Origin: Candidatus Culexmicrobium cathedralense
GTDB taxonomy: Archaea; Thermoproteota; Methanomethylicia; Culexarchaeales; Culexmicrobiaceae
Length of the DNA stretch: 64,000 bases
Direction of reading: 5' to 3'
Assembly: GCA_025061115.1 (NCBI GenBank)
Contig: JANZKC010000001.1
Span: 576,001 to 640,000, forward strand
Shown: positions 28,251 to 38,658 of the stretch, one piece after another
Position numbering within the stretch: the first letter of the stretch is position 1
Layout of the letters: every line of letters starts with the position of its first letter
Made by a program: the position numbers and the translations under genes
The notes under the pieces: generated by a model
Database searches by the model: none
The model's input: the letters and a program-made list of their open reading frames with translations, nothing else
What the model was told of the DNA's origin: nothing

Positions 28251-28326
28251 TGGTAGCCGGGGGGAGATTCGAACTCCCGTCGGCGGGGCCAAAGCCCGCC
28301 ATGCTTGGCCGCTACACCACCCGGCT
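28251..28326 (-). tRNA. tRNA-Gln(TTG), intronless, CCA encoded
   Basis: AGCCGGGTGGTGTAGCGGCCAAGCATGGCGGGCT-TTG-GCCCCGCCGACGGGAGTTCGAATCTCCCCCCGGCTACCA; A1-U72 pair typical of archaeal tRNA-Gln. Confidence 0.97.
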
Positions 28327-28353
28327 TCACTAGAATGATAGGTAGATGCTAGA

Positions 28354-28369
28354 GTATAAAAATTTCCTC
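28354..28369 (-). promoter_or_regulatory. BRE/TATA promoter of tRNA-Gln
   Basis: Minus strand GAGGAAATTTTTATAC, about 30 nt upstream of the tRNA 5' end. Confidence 0.6.
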
Positions 28370-28386
28370 ACTTCGCTGAGGCATGG

Positions 28387-28809
28387 TCACCGCTTCACTT
28401 CATATGAGGCTGTGACGCGCACACCGCCATTCTTCAGCATCAGTGAAACCGAGCAGTACTTCTCCTTGGAAAGCTGAATTGCCCTGGCAACCTTATCTTC
28501 ATCAACATCTCCATAAACAATGTAGTTCAAATGGATGTCGGTGTAAACTCTTGGAGTCTCCTCCCTACGCTTGCCTTTAACGGTTATCTCCAACCCCTCA
28601 ACCCTCTGCTTCATCTTACTCAAAATTGAAACTATGTCGTAGGCTGTGCAGCCAGCTAAAGCTATTAAAACCAGCTCCATAGGGCTAGGGCCCAACGGCG
28701 GATCAACTACAGCTCCGGGAGCTTTAAGCACTACGGCATAATTCGACTTCGTCTTGCCGATGAAGCCATAGTCCTTGACCAGCTTCAAGGAAACCTCAAC
28801 TTCACTCAT
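28387..28809 (-). CDS. OsmC family protein
   Basis: GPSPMELVLIALAGCTAYD, KYCSVS; ATG start at 28809. Confidence 0.9.
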   Translation of the reverse strand: MSEVEVSLKLVKDYGFIGKTKSNYAVVLKAPGAVVDPPLGPSPMELVLIALAGCTAYDIVSILSKMKQRVEGLEITVKGKRREETPRVYTDIHLNYIVYGDVDEDKVARAIQLSKEKYCSVSLMLKNGGVRVTASYEVKR

Positions 28810-28822
28810 ACACGTACACCTC

Positions 28823-30220
28823 CTACTTCGAGTAAATCTTGGTCTTAGAAATGTCAATTAAGCCGTATGGAACGTTAGCCTTCCTAATGGCTTCCTCACC
28901 CCGTTCAGTCGTCAATATGAAGCCGCCGCTGCCAACGACAACCCCATTAACCATGATTATCTCACCCCTAGCAATTCCCAAGCAAGCCTTACAGGACACT
29001 GGATCTATAACTGTAATGTCGGCATCCGCACCAACACCCAAATGACCCTTACTTTCCAATCCAAGCATCCTAGCTGGATTAAGTGAAAGCTTAACCGCCA
29101 ACTCAGAAAGCGTCAATGCCCCAAACTTCACTAGGAGCATGCCCTTCTCCACAGCCACATTCCTAGGAATAGCTCCACCATCAGTGCTTATCGCATCAAT
29201 TATGAAGTTGCCATCAGAGTCCTTGGCAGTAGCCAGAACTATTTGAGCCTCAGGATCATTAACTGGAAAGCTCAAGCCAATCTCAGTTTCAGCTTCAAGC
29301 CAATACCTCAACCCTTCCTCGCCAGTAACTAGAAGCACCTCACCTCCAGCTTCAACCCTAACACGAGCATAGCCGTCTAGGATGGCTTGCTTAACCCCAT
29401 CATAAGTTTCGGGATAACCCCTAAGCCTCAAGCAGTTCCGAGTAACCCTACTAACTGGAACGCCATTAACGCACTTGCCGCTAGTCCCATTAATAGTAGC
29501 CAGGTAGGATTCGGAGGCAATATTCCGCTTACCCCTCAAATGTTCCAAAGCCTCCAAAGCCTCAGCAACAGGATCCTTAATCAAACCCCTACAATAGCTA
29601 TTCACGTGAGCAACGTGAAGCCCATTATCACCAGCAAGCTCGACAGCCTCAATAAGCCCATTCAAGTCACTGCCAGTCTCAGTAGTGCCAACGTGAAAAG
29701 CGATGTACGCTTTCTGCCTATTGCACTCCTCAATGATTTTAGCGGTCGTCTCAGGCGTGAAAGGCCTATGACCACCAGTAATCTTAAGCCCCAAAGCCCC
29801 TTCACTAACAGTTCTCGAAACAGCATTCTCAATCTCCTCATCAGTCAACGTATCACCAGCATCAGGATAATAATGCCTAATATTAGTCACGAAAAGCACG
29901 TTCAAACCAGCGCCATAAGCCTTCAAATTGCTTATAATCTCCTCAGCTGGAGCACTAAGGTCAAAAGCAGTTATAACGCCAGCCTTAGCCATCATCCTAT
30001 GCCCAAGCTTATCAATATGAACATGCGAGTCAATAACCCCTGGAAACACTATTTTACCCTTGACATCGATAGCCACTTTGGCCTTCCGAGCATCAAGCTC
30101 GTCAGCTACTTCAACTATCCTTCCATTTTCTATTCCAATATCTAAAACATCTTCAACCCCATTTTTAGGGTCAACGACAAAGCCGCCTTTAACAAGTAAA
30201 TCGTACATGGCTAATCCCAT
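28823..30220 (-). CDS. Metal-dependent amidohydrolase, substrate unknown
   Basis: PGVIDSHVH, GLK, FHVG, HVAH, STDGG, NPARMLGL, GADADITV. Confidence 0.85.
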   Translation of the reverse strand: MGLAMYDLLVKGGFVVDPKNGVEDVLDIGIENGRIVEVADELDARKAKVAIDVKGKIVFPGVIDSHVHIDKLGHRMMAKAGVITAFDLSAPAEEIISNLKAYGAGLNVLFVTNIRHYYPDAGDTLTDEEIENAVSRTVSEGALGLKITGGHRPFTPETTAKIIEECNRQKAYIAFHVGTTETGSDLNGLIEAVELAGDNGLHVAHVNSYCRGLIKDPVAEALEALEHLRGKRNIASESYLATINGTSGKCVNGVPVSRVTRNCLRLRGYPETYDGVKQAILDGYARVRVEAGGEVLLVTGEEGLRYWLEAETEIGLSFPVNDPEAQIVLATAKDSDGNFIIDAISTDGGAIPRNVAVEKGMLLVKFGALTLSELAVKLSLNPARMLGLESKGHLGVGADADITVIDPVSCKACLGIARGEIIMVNGVVVGSGGFILTTERGEEAIRKANVPYGLIDISKTKIYSK

Positions 30221-30407
30221 AATGTATAGCCAACAGTCAACCTATAAATCAATAACTATTCCATGCAAGTTTACCCTAGCTAAATAGTAAATGCAGTTCT
30301 TTCCAACATTCCTTAAGTCTACCTTAATAATGCAAGATAATGTTCGTACTAAAAGTCGCTTAGTCCACCAAGTTACTCTGCTGTAAAATTAAAATGATCA
30401 TACAGGC

Positions 30408-31250
30408 TTAAATAATGCTGGAATTCCGGTTGAGCCCAGACATTATCTGAATATCGTGGTTATATACCTCAACCCATGGAACTTCCAGCAAACTTTTATC
30501 GCCCCAACCACACGGATGCCCTACAACTCGATAATATCCAATTCCATATGGAAGCCAGTTCTTCAAAAATTTAAGAAGATTTTTTCTAAAGTATAACTTA
30601 AAAGTCTTAAGAGGTGCATAAACACCTAATAACTCAGAATGATCAGAAGTTATGGCAATACTATACCCAAGTTTCATAGCTGAATAAATTAACTTCTTTG
30701 CAACTTTGAGAACATATCTCAGGTTTTCTAAGTAGGCTCTTGCGAATTCCTTTCTAGCCTTACTGCTCCTAGTTGCCTGCTTATATATACTTGAACCTGC
30801 CAATGTAGGATCGTCACCATAGTCTCTCAGCCAAGTACTACAAATAAATGGAGCATGCGGTTGAAGATAATGAACAATTAAATTCTCTCCTCTTAAAAGA
30901 TACCTTAAAGCTATTAGATTAACGTGTTCAGCCCTAACAGTTTTTAGCTTATTATCCCAAAACTTAACTGAAACATCAATTACGCGTTTAAATACATTCT
31001 TTCCTTTAAATACAATTGATACCCAAGGATTTGCCGACACATATACTGCATTAACAGGCTCTGTAAAAGTTTTCTCCAACCATTCTTTGGTACAGCTGCC
31101 GGCGGATAGAACTCTTTCAACATTTACATTCAAATTACCTAAAAAACGAATGTTATCCTCCAACATATCAGGTCTACAAGCATCTAATACAAATAGAATA
31201 CTTTTGTTGTGCCTCAACAACCGATAGATTAGGATTCTCTGGCTCTTCAC
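30408..31250 (-). CDS. Alkaline phosphatase / sulfatase superfamily protein
   Basis: VLDACRPD, SAGSCTKEW, HYLQPHAPF, ITSDHSE, GHP, VPW. Confidence 0.8.
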   Translation of the reverse strand: MKSQRILIYRLLRHNKSILFVLDACRPDMLEDNIRFLGNLNVNVERVLSAGSCTKEWLEKTFTEPVNAVYVSANPWVSIVFKGKNVFKRVIDVSVKFWDNKLKTVRAEHVNLIALRYLLRGENLIVHYLQPHAPFICSTWLRDYGDDPTLAGSSIYKQATRSSKARKEFARAYLENLRYVLKVAKKLIYSAMKLGYSIAITSDHSELLGVYAPLKTFKLYFRKNLLKFLKNWLPYGIGYYRVVGHPCGWGDKSLLEVPWVEVYNHDIQIMSGLNRNSSII

Positions 31251-31650
31251 CTATAACACATCCATAAGCTCATTGTCCATTAGTTGTGAGACGATCAAAG
31301 CGTATCATGGCAATGAGCCTCCAGGGTAATATAATATGGTGTAACTAATTAACAACTACGCATATTCTTTGAAAAACATTTATCCTAAACATAGAAATGT
31401 TAGTGATTCAACTGTCAATCAACCGCAGTTAATCATAAAAGATTATGAGTTTTATGGTGTGATTTATGAAAGCTATCATTAAGCCAAGATATAATGTAAC
31501 AAAATTATGACATTTTGAAAAGTAGATTATAAGTGAGAAGATATAGTAATCTTCAATATTGTAATGTATAAAGTAAAGCATTATACCTTAATATTAAATA
31601 AGCTTAGTTAAGTTATATTTAATAAGGTAATTAACTGGAGGATCTAAACT

Positions 31651-32475
31651 ATGGTAAAAATAACTTTTATAACTTTTACTAGGAACTCAGCAGCTAGAAT
31701 TGAAGGTTTACTTAAACATATAAGAGACATAGTTGATGAAATCATAGTTGTAGATGGTTTCAGTACCGATGGTACGGTGGAGATAGCTAAAAGCTATGAT
31801 GCCAAGATATACCTGAGAAAGCCTTGGGGATATCCCGATCCAGACCGCATGTTTGCTTTAAGGATGGCTTCAAATGAGTGGATTATATACCTCGACGATG
31901 ACGAACGACTATGTCGAAAACTTAAGAACGACATCAGAGATATCATTGAGAAATCCAAAAACGTATCAGCATTTAGCACACTGCGCATTAACATACTACC
32001 TGGGAAGAAAATCATTTTGGGTCCATTTCTTAATAGACAAATCAGAATATTCAAAAAGTCTAAGGTAATATTTAAGGGGTTAGTTCATGAACTCCCTCAA
32101 GTTCACGGCATTCTGAAACATCTTCCTGAATATTATTGCCTCCTCCATTTTATTAAGCGAGACTGGTCAAGACGTCTATTCTATGCAAGACTTGAAGCAT
32201 TACAGTACCATAAGCGCAAAACTAAAAGCATATGGAAAAAAGTACTTTGGCAATTAGCTCCATTAAGCACACCGCTAATATATTTATATTATTTAGCCTT
32301 TTCAGCTAAAAATAGAAAACCTCTAAACATACCAACATTGATTTATGCTATGGACAGCGCATTGTACAGAGCCATCGTTCAAACTATTATGCATATTAGA
32401 GGAAAAAACAAAACTCGCAGAGCTAAATTAATTGAAGAGATAGGCTTAATCAAACTATTAAAATTAGATAAGTAA
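31651..32475 (+). CDS. Glycosyltransferase family 2
   Basis: IIVVDGFSTDGT, WIIYLDDDER, VHE. Confidence 0.9.
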   Translation: MVKITFITFTRNSAARIEGLLKHIRDIVDEIIVVDGFSTDGTVEIAKSYDAKIYLRKPWGYPDPDRMFALRMASNEWIIYLDDDERLCRKLKNDIRDIIEKSKNVSAFSTLRINILPGKKIILGPFLNRQIRIFKKSKVIFKGLVHELPQVHGILKHLPEYYCLLHFIKRDWSRRLFYARLEALQYHKRKTKSIWKKVLWQLAPLSTPLIYLYYLAFSAKNRKPLNIPTLIYAMDSALYRAIVQTIMHIRGKNKTRRAKLIEEIGLIKLLKLDK

Positions 32476-32499
32476 CAATTATAAATTAATAAAATAATA

Positions 32500-33633
32500 T
32501 TACATATTATAATATTTTTCAACTATAAATAAAATCTTTCTTCTGAAAATATCATCAGAAAATAATTTAGCTCTTCTAATTAAAATTTCTTTTAGCTTTA
32601 CATCCCACCTTTCTAATGCTAACTTTACCTTTGAAGCTATCTCAGCTGGAATTAATTTCTCGTATCCAAACCCATACTTTCCGTATTCAGCGATATCTAT
32701 CCACTGCCCACCAGATTGGTGAACAACGGGTAAGCATCCTGATGCTAAACCTTCAACAACGACTATTCCAAAATGCTCGTAGGGATACAAGTGTAACAGA
32801 ACTTTACATTTGCTTAGTAACTCTAGCTTAACTTTGTGCGGAGCATTGGGAATTAGAGTTAGATTATTAATATTAAGTTTATTTTTCAAATTAACAATCT
32901 TATTAAAATATTCTTCAGATTTGAAGCCTCTAACAGATCCTATTATATAAAACTTAACTTTGGGAAGCAGTTTGGCTACGTATGGCACTAAATGTAAATG
33001 CTTTTCTGGCATAAATCTTGATATAACTATGACCGCATCATCTCTATCATCATTTTCTGAATAAGTTAGATAATCATCTATTTCAACTGGCGGGTAGACT
33101 ATAATTGCGTCTCTATTAACGTATTTCATTATTATTTCCTTGGAAAACTCGGAGTTAGTTAATAAAAGTGTTTTATTCAAAGTACTTTTCGTAAAATTGA
33201 GCAATAATTCATAAGGAGTAAAGTATGCTCTCCAGAAAAGCGACTTGGAGTACTTAACGTATGGACTCCACTCGCCTCGAAGTATCATTATGGTTGGAAA
33301 ATGCATGTACGTAATGTCTGATGGAACGATCATAGTGTCGCCGTGAGTGTTAATGATCAAATCATACTTCCTTCTGAGTCTAAGTACATTTATGAAAAGA
33401 AGCTGCCTTTGATATATGCCAAACATTCTCAATTGTCTAGTAAGTGAATACTCTCTGGGGATTCTAGGGAGTTTAATTCCCATAACAGTGAAAACCTTAT
33501 TCCAATTCGTTTTCTCTACAGTAGCTAGAGAAACATCATGACCAGCTTCCATTAATGCCTTAATGATATGTAAGCAAACCCTTTCTCCACCACCAGTGCT
33601 GTTAAGCGAATTGTGAGTTATTAAGATATTCAC
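32500..33633 (-). CDS. Glycosyltransferase family 4 (ALG11-like motifs)
   Basis: GGGERV, YMHFP, NSEFS, VYPPV, SRFMPEK, EHFGIVVVE. Confidence 0.9.
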   Translation of the reverse strand: MNILITHNSLNSTGGGERVCLHIIKALMEAGHDVSLATVEKTNWNKVFTVMGIKLPRIPREYSLTRQLRMFGIYQRQLLFINVLRLRRKYDLIINTHGDTMIVPSDITYMHFPTIMILRGEWSPYVKYSKSLFWRAYFTPYELLLNFTKSTLNKTLLLTNSEFSKEIIMKYVNRDAIIVYPPVEIDDYLTYSENDDRDDAVIVISRFMPEKHLHLVPYVAKLLPKVKFYIIGSVRGFKSEEYFNKIVNLKNKLNINNLTLIPNAPHKVKLELLSKCKVLLHLYPYEHFGIVVVEGLASGCLPVVHQSGGQWIDIAEYGKYGFGYEKLIPAEIASKVKLALERWDVKLKEILIRRAKLFSDDIFRRKILFIVEKYYNM

Positions 33634-33880
33634 TTTTAACTCCCAAATAACCTACTAAAAACCCAAATATAACTATAATCAATTAAGCCAATCTGAAAGG
33701 TGTTATACAACTATGAATGTAAACATAGTTAAAAATATTGTATTTAAATATGTAAGACACTTCATGTAAGAACATTGAAAAAGTAAATATAACTACAATA
33801 TATGCAATTTTCGAATGAAACAGTTAAACTTAACCATTAAATTAATTGTGAATAAATAATAAACTGGTAGTGGTGGTAAT

Positions 33881-34093
33881 ATGATGGACGACAAAATTGC
33901 GGTCTACATTAAAAAAGATCTTTATGATAGAATAGCTAAACAGGTTGAGAAAAGTCAAGGCATTTTCAAAAGTGTGGATGAATACGTAAATTTCGCACTT
34001 GAAGAAATTCTTAAAGAGGAAGAAAGCCCCTTCACACCGGAAGAAGAGGAAGAGATAAAGAAAAGACTTAGGTCATTAGACTACATAGGTTAG
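33881..34093 (+). CDS. CopG/RHH-family small protein with RLxxL(G/D)Y tail
   Basis: IAVYIKKDLYDRI...FKSVDEYVNFALEEIL...EEEEEIKKRLRSLDYIG; close paralog of 54558. Confidence 0.85.
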   Translation: MMDDKIAVYIKKDLYDRIAKQVEKSQGIFKSVDEYVNFALEEILKEEESPFTPEEEEEIKKRLRSLDYIG

Positions 34094-34183
34094 CTAAATC
34101 TAAACTAACACCAGAGTATTAAATATAATATAAACAGAAATTTAGATAAAAATGTCGTACATACAGGTTAAATTGAGGAGCTC

Positions 34184-34444
34184 ATGATCATGAAAGTTTC
34201 CATCCTCACATTAGACAGTCTTGAATACAAGCTAGTGGTAAAATGGAAGCTAAAGAATTTAATGCAATTAAAGTGCGGTTATTTTGAAGATAGCGACGAA
34301 TATTTGCATGAAGAGACAAAAGTTCCATATACCTATTACTTAGGCTTCATTCATAACGGGTAAAAAGCTGGAGGAGTATAGCGTTAGGACAAAATGGACA
34401 TATGGTTGACTTTTAGATATAATAAGACACATTGACACTATATA
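34184..34444 (+). pseudogene. Remnant of an AlkP/phosphodiesterase-family gene
   Basis: MKVSILTLDSLEYKLVVKWKLKNLMQ...PYT, frameshift, IT*ASFITGKKLEEYSV (compare TxPxWASxxTGKxPxxxG in 57348), then further stops. Confidence 0.6.
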
Positions 34445-34542
34445 GAAAACTTAAAGGAAAAAGGCATGTTCTTTCTAAGTTCGGATCGAAACTAAAGTTT
34501 TTTATAAAATTTTAATTATGATTTCTTGAAAATTATCATAAA

Positions 34543-35679
34543 TTATTGAAAGCATATTTTATATTTAGCTCTTCTATTGAATAATTTATTAAATTCATTC
34601 TTATGCTTAAAGACAATTATTGGTATGAGCAGCGTCGTATATTGGCTGAATAGCGTGAACTTAATTAAATTAGCAAGGGCATTTAGCCAACTCTCACACT
34701 TAGTCAGTCTTAACTTTACGATGTACAGCAGAGATAAGACTCCATGCATCCCAATTAATATTAATCCAAAATTGATAGTGATATTTGTAAGCAACAATAA
34801 AAGCCCTACTAGGAGAGTAAAGCTATTTAAAACATGAAAAAGCATTCTCTTCCCAACGGTACTTTTCAAGAAATTAAGTGATGTTTTAAAAAAGCTTCCA
34901 CTATAATAAGTATATGCTATAACGAGAGCCTTCTTGTATAAGCCACGGAAGTACTCTCGAATACTCATACGGACATAAATATCAGATCGCTTAATTATGT
35001 TTATATCATATGCTAGGGGTTTATCGGAGCTAATAGAATAAACTTTGTATTCGTTTTTCCATACATGATAACCGAAAAGGCGATCTTCACTAAAAGTCAT
35101 GTCCGAATCAAATTTTATACGATTTGCTATTTCTGCTGGGATTAATGTCAAACTCATTTCACACCAAGGAACAGGCTTTGCTTTAATATTTAGCTCACAC
35201 TTATCCTCATCTAAATCTACAATGCTATTAGCAAATTGTACTAGATCATTCAAATTTGTAAATGTCTTGAACATTGTCTTTGCACTGACCACGCAAGGAC
35301 CATTATTTATATCAAAATCAATTAACTTAAGTAATATTTGTTTATTAGCTATAGTTATATCCGAATCAATAAAAAGTATATAATCAACACACTTTTTAAT
35401 TGCTCTAATTATACATTCATTCCTTCCCTCTGGGATATTGCATGGTTTAACTGTAATTTCATATCTTAACCCATATGAGTCAAGTATTTTCTTTGCTATA
35501 TCAGCAGTACCATCAGTGCTGCCGCCATCAACTATTATTATGTAAATCTTATCCTTAGGATATTTAAGTTTAGCAATACTTCTAAGCGCATATCCAATAA
35601 CATTACTTGCATTCTTACATGTCATGCAGATGGCAACCAGCGGGTACGAAAATTGGCGATTAAATTTATCAGAACACAT
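34543..35679 (-). CDS. Glycosyltransferase family 2 with C-terminal TM helices
   Basis: IIIVDGGSTDGT, PEGRN, FIDSD, FSED. Confidence 0.88.
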   Translation of the reverse strand: MCSDKFNRQFSYPLVAICMTCKNASNVIGYALRSIAKLKYPKDKIYIIIVDGGSTDGTADIAKKILDSYGLRYEITVKPCNIPEGRNECIIRAIKKCVDYILFIDSDITIANKQILLKLIDFDINNGPCVVSAKTMFKTFTNLNDLVQFANSIVDLDEDKCELNIKAKPVPWCEMSLTLIPAEIANRIKFDSDMTFSEDRLFGYHVWKNEYKVYSISSDKPLAYDINIIKRSDIYVRMSIREYFRGLYKKALVIAYTYYSGSFFKTSLNFLKSTVGKRMLFHVLNSFTLLVGLLLLLTNITINFGLILIGMHGVLSLLYIVKLRLTKCESWLNALANLIKFTLFSQYTTLLIPIIVFKHKNEFNKLFNRRAKYKICFQ

Positions 35680-36145
35680 ATTTCTATTTCACTTATTCTC
35701 ATTTTTAAAATTCTCTAAAGTCTCTTTTCTAAGTATTTATATAATACAATACCATTTAACAGTAATTTTTAATATTACCTCTCAATTTAAAATATATTCT
35801 AAAAAATCACAAAATAATAAAGTTATATTACAGGATTAATTACTAGAATAATTGAAAAATATCACAAAAGGTAGCCACTAGTAAATTTTTCTTTTTAGAA
35901 CGCATAGCTAATAAAATATAAAAACTAATAAAAGATAAAGCTCATCATAAGTTATTTGTGGCAGCTAGAATGCATAAAAACTTCTTTGACAACCTTATAG
36001 CTATAATCATAATATTAACATTTCATATTTTATTGATTTGCAAGATAAGTTCATTATGAAATTAATCAAGAAAGCAGAATGTTATGTCGTAAGGTCAAAG
36101 CAGAAAAAATTTATGTAAACATAATCAATATTGGATATTTATAAT

Positions 36146-37400
36146 TTAATTAAAATATTTTTTAATAATTTTCGCTTCTGATTTAACAACATTACTCCAA
36201 CTTGAAAACTTATTTAAAAACATTCTTATTTGATGAAAATCGAATTTCAAATCTCCTTTGAGAAACTTAAATATTTTATTTGCCATTGCATTTACATCGC
36301 CAACTGAAACCCTTATTACGGCATTAACTCGTTCATAGTTGAATTTTATGGCAGGAATTTCATATGCAATAACAGGTATGTTATGTGATAGACTTTCCAT
36401 AATTGCTAGAGATATTGCATCTAGATAGCTTGGATATACCATAACCTTACATGTTTTTAACAAACTTGTAAGCTTGCTATGTGATAGAAAACCGAGAAAA
36501 GTTATGTAGTCATTTAAAGATAAACTTTCAATTAATTTGAAGAAAAAGATTTCTACACTTTTATTATAGAATTTGCCTGCAACTGCCAATTTGACGTTAA
36601 CCCCTTTTTCTAGTACTTTTTTCCAAATTAGAGGTAAATCCAAAACACCTTTTTTAGGTATTAACCTTGCGAAGAAAATTGCATCATAGTTCATATGCGG
36701 CTTACTAATGTTAGTTTTAGCTATATTCTTAATATGCTCATAAGATGTGTTTGGACCTAGAACTTTAAGCCTATTAATCCACTGATCCCCCATTTCATAG
36801 GGTATTGATTGTGATACTGATAAAATTAAGTCAAACCTTTTTAGTGTTCTTCTCAATATTATTTTTCATTTTATTTAAACTCATAATCGTTATCTTTTTA
36901 GATATTCTTTTTAAAGTTTTATTTGAGTAGATAATATTGTTGAAGTAGAAATTCAATTTAGGGATTCTGTCATCATGATAGAAAGGAGGTAAGCAAAGAA
37001 GCGCTATCTTAGGTATTCTCAATAAGTTTGAAAGATAATATGAAAAAATTATTAGCTTGAAATTTTCATGATGGCAATACACTGCGTCGAAATGATCCTT
37101 ACCATAGTTTTTAATAATTTCTCTAGCTACTTTTTCAGCACACTTGCGGCAAGCATAGAGATATTCAGAAGTTTTTGTAAGTAAGGTGTACTTAAGTACG
37201 TCGATTTTTTGGATGAAGTCAATGCTTCCAACGAGGTCGATATTTAAATTTTCTTCCCTAACATTTTTGATATGTCTCTTATAGGTTATTAAGTGAGGCT
37301 CAATATCATATTCTCCCAGGTACTTTAAACTCATTAAACTTCTTAAGCTGCCGCCACTTTGCTTACTTGGCGCCGAAACATAAAGTAATTTCAATTGCAA
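36146..37400 (-). pseudogene. Glycosyltransferase family 4, split by a frameshift
   Basis: N-half 36831-37400 (SGGSLR) and C-half 36146-36856 (FARLIPKKG, YPSYLDAISLAIMES) join if one base is removed near the T5 run at 36862-36866. Confidence 0.75.
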
Positions 37401-37624
37401 TTAAATACTCCTCAGCTGAAGGTTAATCTACTCTGTTAATCACTAACATATGAAATCATTTATAAACTAATGCTAGAATTCTATTAAGTTCACCTTTTCA
37501 GAAACTACATAGTAACACAAAGATTAGGACTCATAACGTTATAGTTATTGTAACTTTACATGCATCAGTTATCATGCAAAACTGCTCAAAGTATTTTTAT
37601 TCGACTAACTTAGGAATTTTACTT

Positions 37625-38605
37625 ATGAATTTCATTGTGGGTGTTGATGGCGGCGGGGTGAAGACGGAAGCAGTGGTAGCTACAGTTGAAGGCGAAATTA
37701 TTGGATTTGGAAGAGGGGGACCTTCCAATATTAACGTTGCAAGTAAAAAGGAAGTGGCAAGATCGCTTAGGAAGGCAATTTTTTCAGCTTTGAAGAAGAG
37801 TGGGGCTAGTGGTAAGGCACTTGCTGGAGTTTTAGGTGTAGCTGGAACTGAAAGGAGGGATAACGCCGAAGCAATTAGAGAAATTGCTTTAAAACTTGAC
37901 TTTGCTGAAAGAGTTATCGTTACTTCAGACGCCATGATCGCACTTATCTCAGCAACCAAGATGAAACCAGGCATAATATTAATTTCAGGCACTGGCTCAA
38001 TTGCCTTTGGAATGAATAGTAATGGAAACACTGCTAGAGCAGGCGGCTGGGGCTACATACTAGATGATGAGGGAAGCGGATACTGGATAGGGCTAAGAGC
38101 ACTTAGAGAAGTTATGAAAGCATATGATGGTAGAGGACATAGAACTACTCTTGCTAGCACTTTGTTTGATCATCTTAATATTGAACAGCCAGAGGATTTA
38201 GTATCAATGATTTATTCCGGAGAATTGAAAGTTTCAAACATAGCTTCACTCGCGGAATTAGTTGTAAAGTGCGCCAAAATGGGAGATCAAGTGGCTAATG
38301 AAATACTGAGAGAAGCTGGCGAAAAACTAGCTGAAATGGCTGTAGCTGTAGCTAAGAAATTGAAATTCAATAGTAAAGTTGACATCTATTATTTTGGAGG
38401 AGTATTTAAGGCAGGCAATCTCATCTTAAAGCCACTAAAAAATAAGCTGTACGAATTAGGAGTTTTCGCTGAATTTAGGAAATCCGAATTAAAGCCAGTA
38501 GTAGGCGCAGTCATCTTAGCATTAAAGGCATTAGGTATAGATTTAGATGAAAAAATCTGGGCAAACTTAGTCGATTCGGCTAAGGCATGGGGATTAGCTC
38601 ACTAA
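37625..38605 (+). CDS. BadF/BadG/BcrA/BcrD-type N-acetylglucosamine / N-acetylmuramic acid kinase (MurK-like)
   Basis: VGVDGGGVKT, GPSN, GVAG, SDA, ISGTGSIAFG, RAGGWGYILDDEGSGYWIG. Confidence 0.85.
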   Translation: MNFIVGVDGGGVKTEAVVATVEGEIIGFGRGGPSNINVASKKEVARSLRKAIFSALKKSGASGKALAGVLGVAGTERRDNAEAIREIALKLDFAERVIVTSDAMIALISATKMKPGIILISGTGSIAFGMNSNGNTARAGGWGYILDDEGSGYWIGLRALREVMKAYDGRGHRTTLASTLFDHLNIEQPEDLVSMIYSGELKVSNIASLAELVVKCAKMGDQVANEILREAGEKLAEMAVAVAKKLKFNSKVDIYYFGGVFKAGNLILKPLKNKLYELGVFAEFRKSELKPVVGAVILALKALGIDLDEKIWANLVDSAKAWGLAH

Positions 38606-38658
38606 TTTCCAGACATAATTTAAGCTTTTACGACACCGCTCTCAATAAAATAGATAAT

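Noticed and set aside
29387-30145. 252-aa plus-strand ORF and many other antisense or overlapping ORFs in the track
   Set aside because: They are shadows of well-supported genes, with Ser/Pro/Leu-rich composition and no motifs.
28823-30220. Amidohydrolase as the missing NagA
   Set aside because: It lacks NagA-type motifs (HxHG, HLFNAM) and is not adjacent to the cluster; substrate left unassigned.
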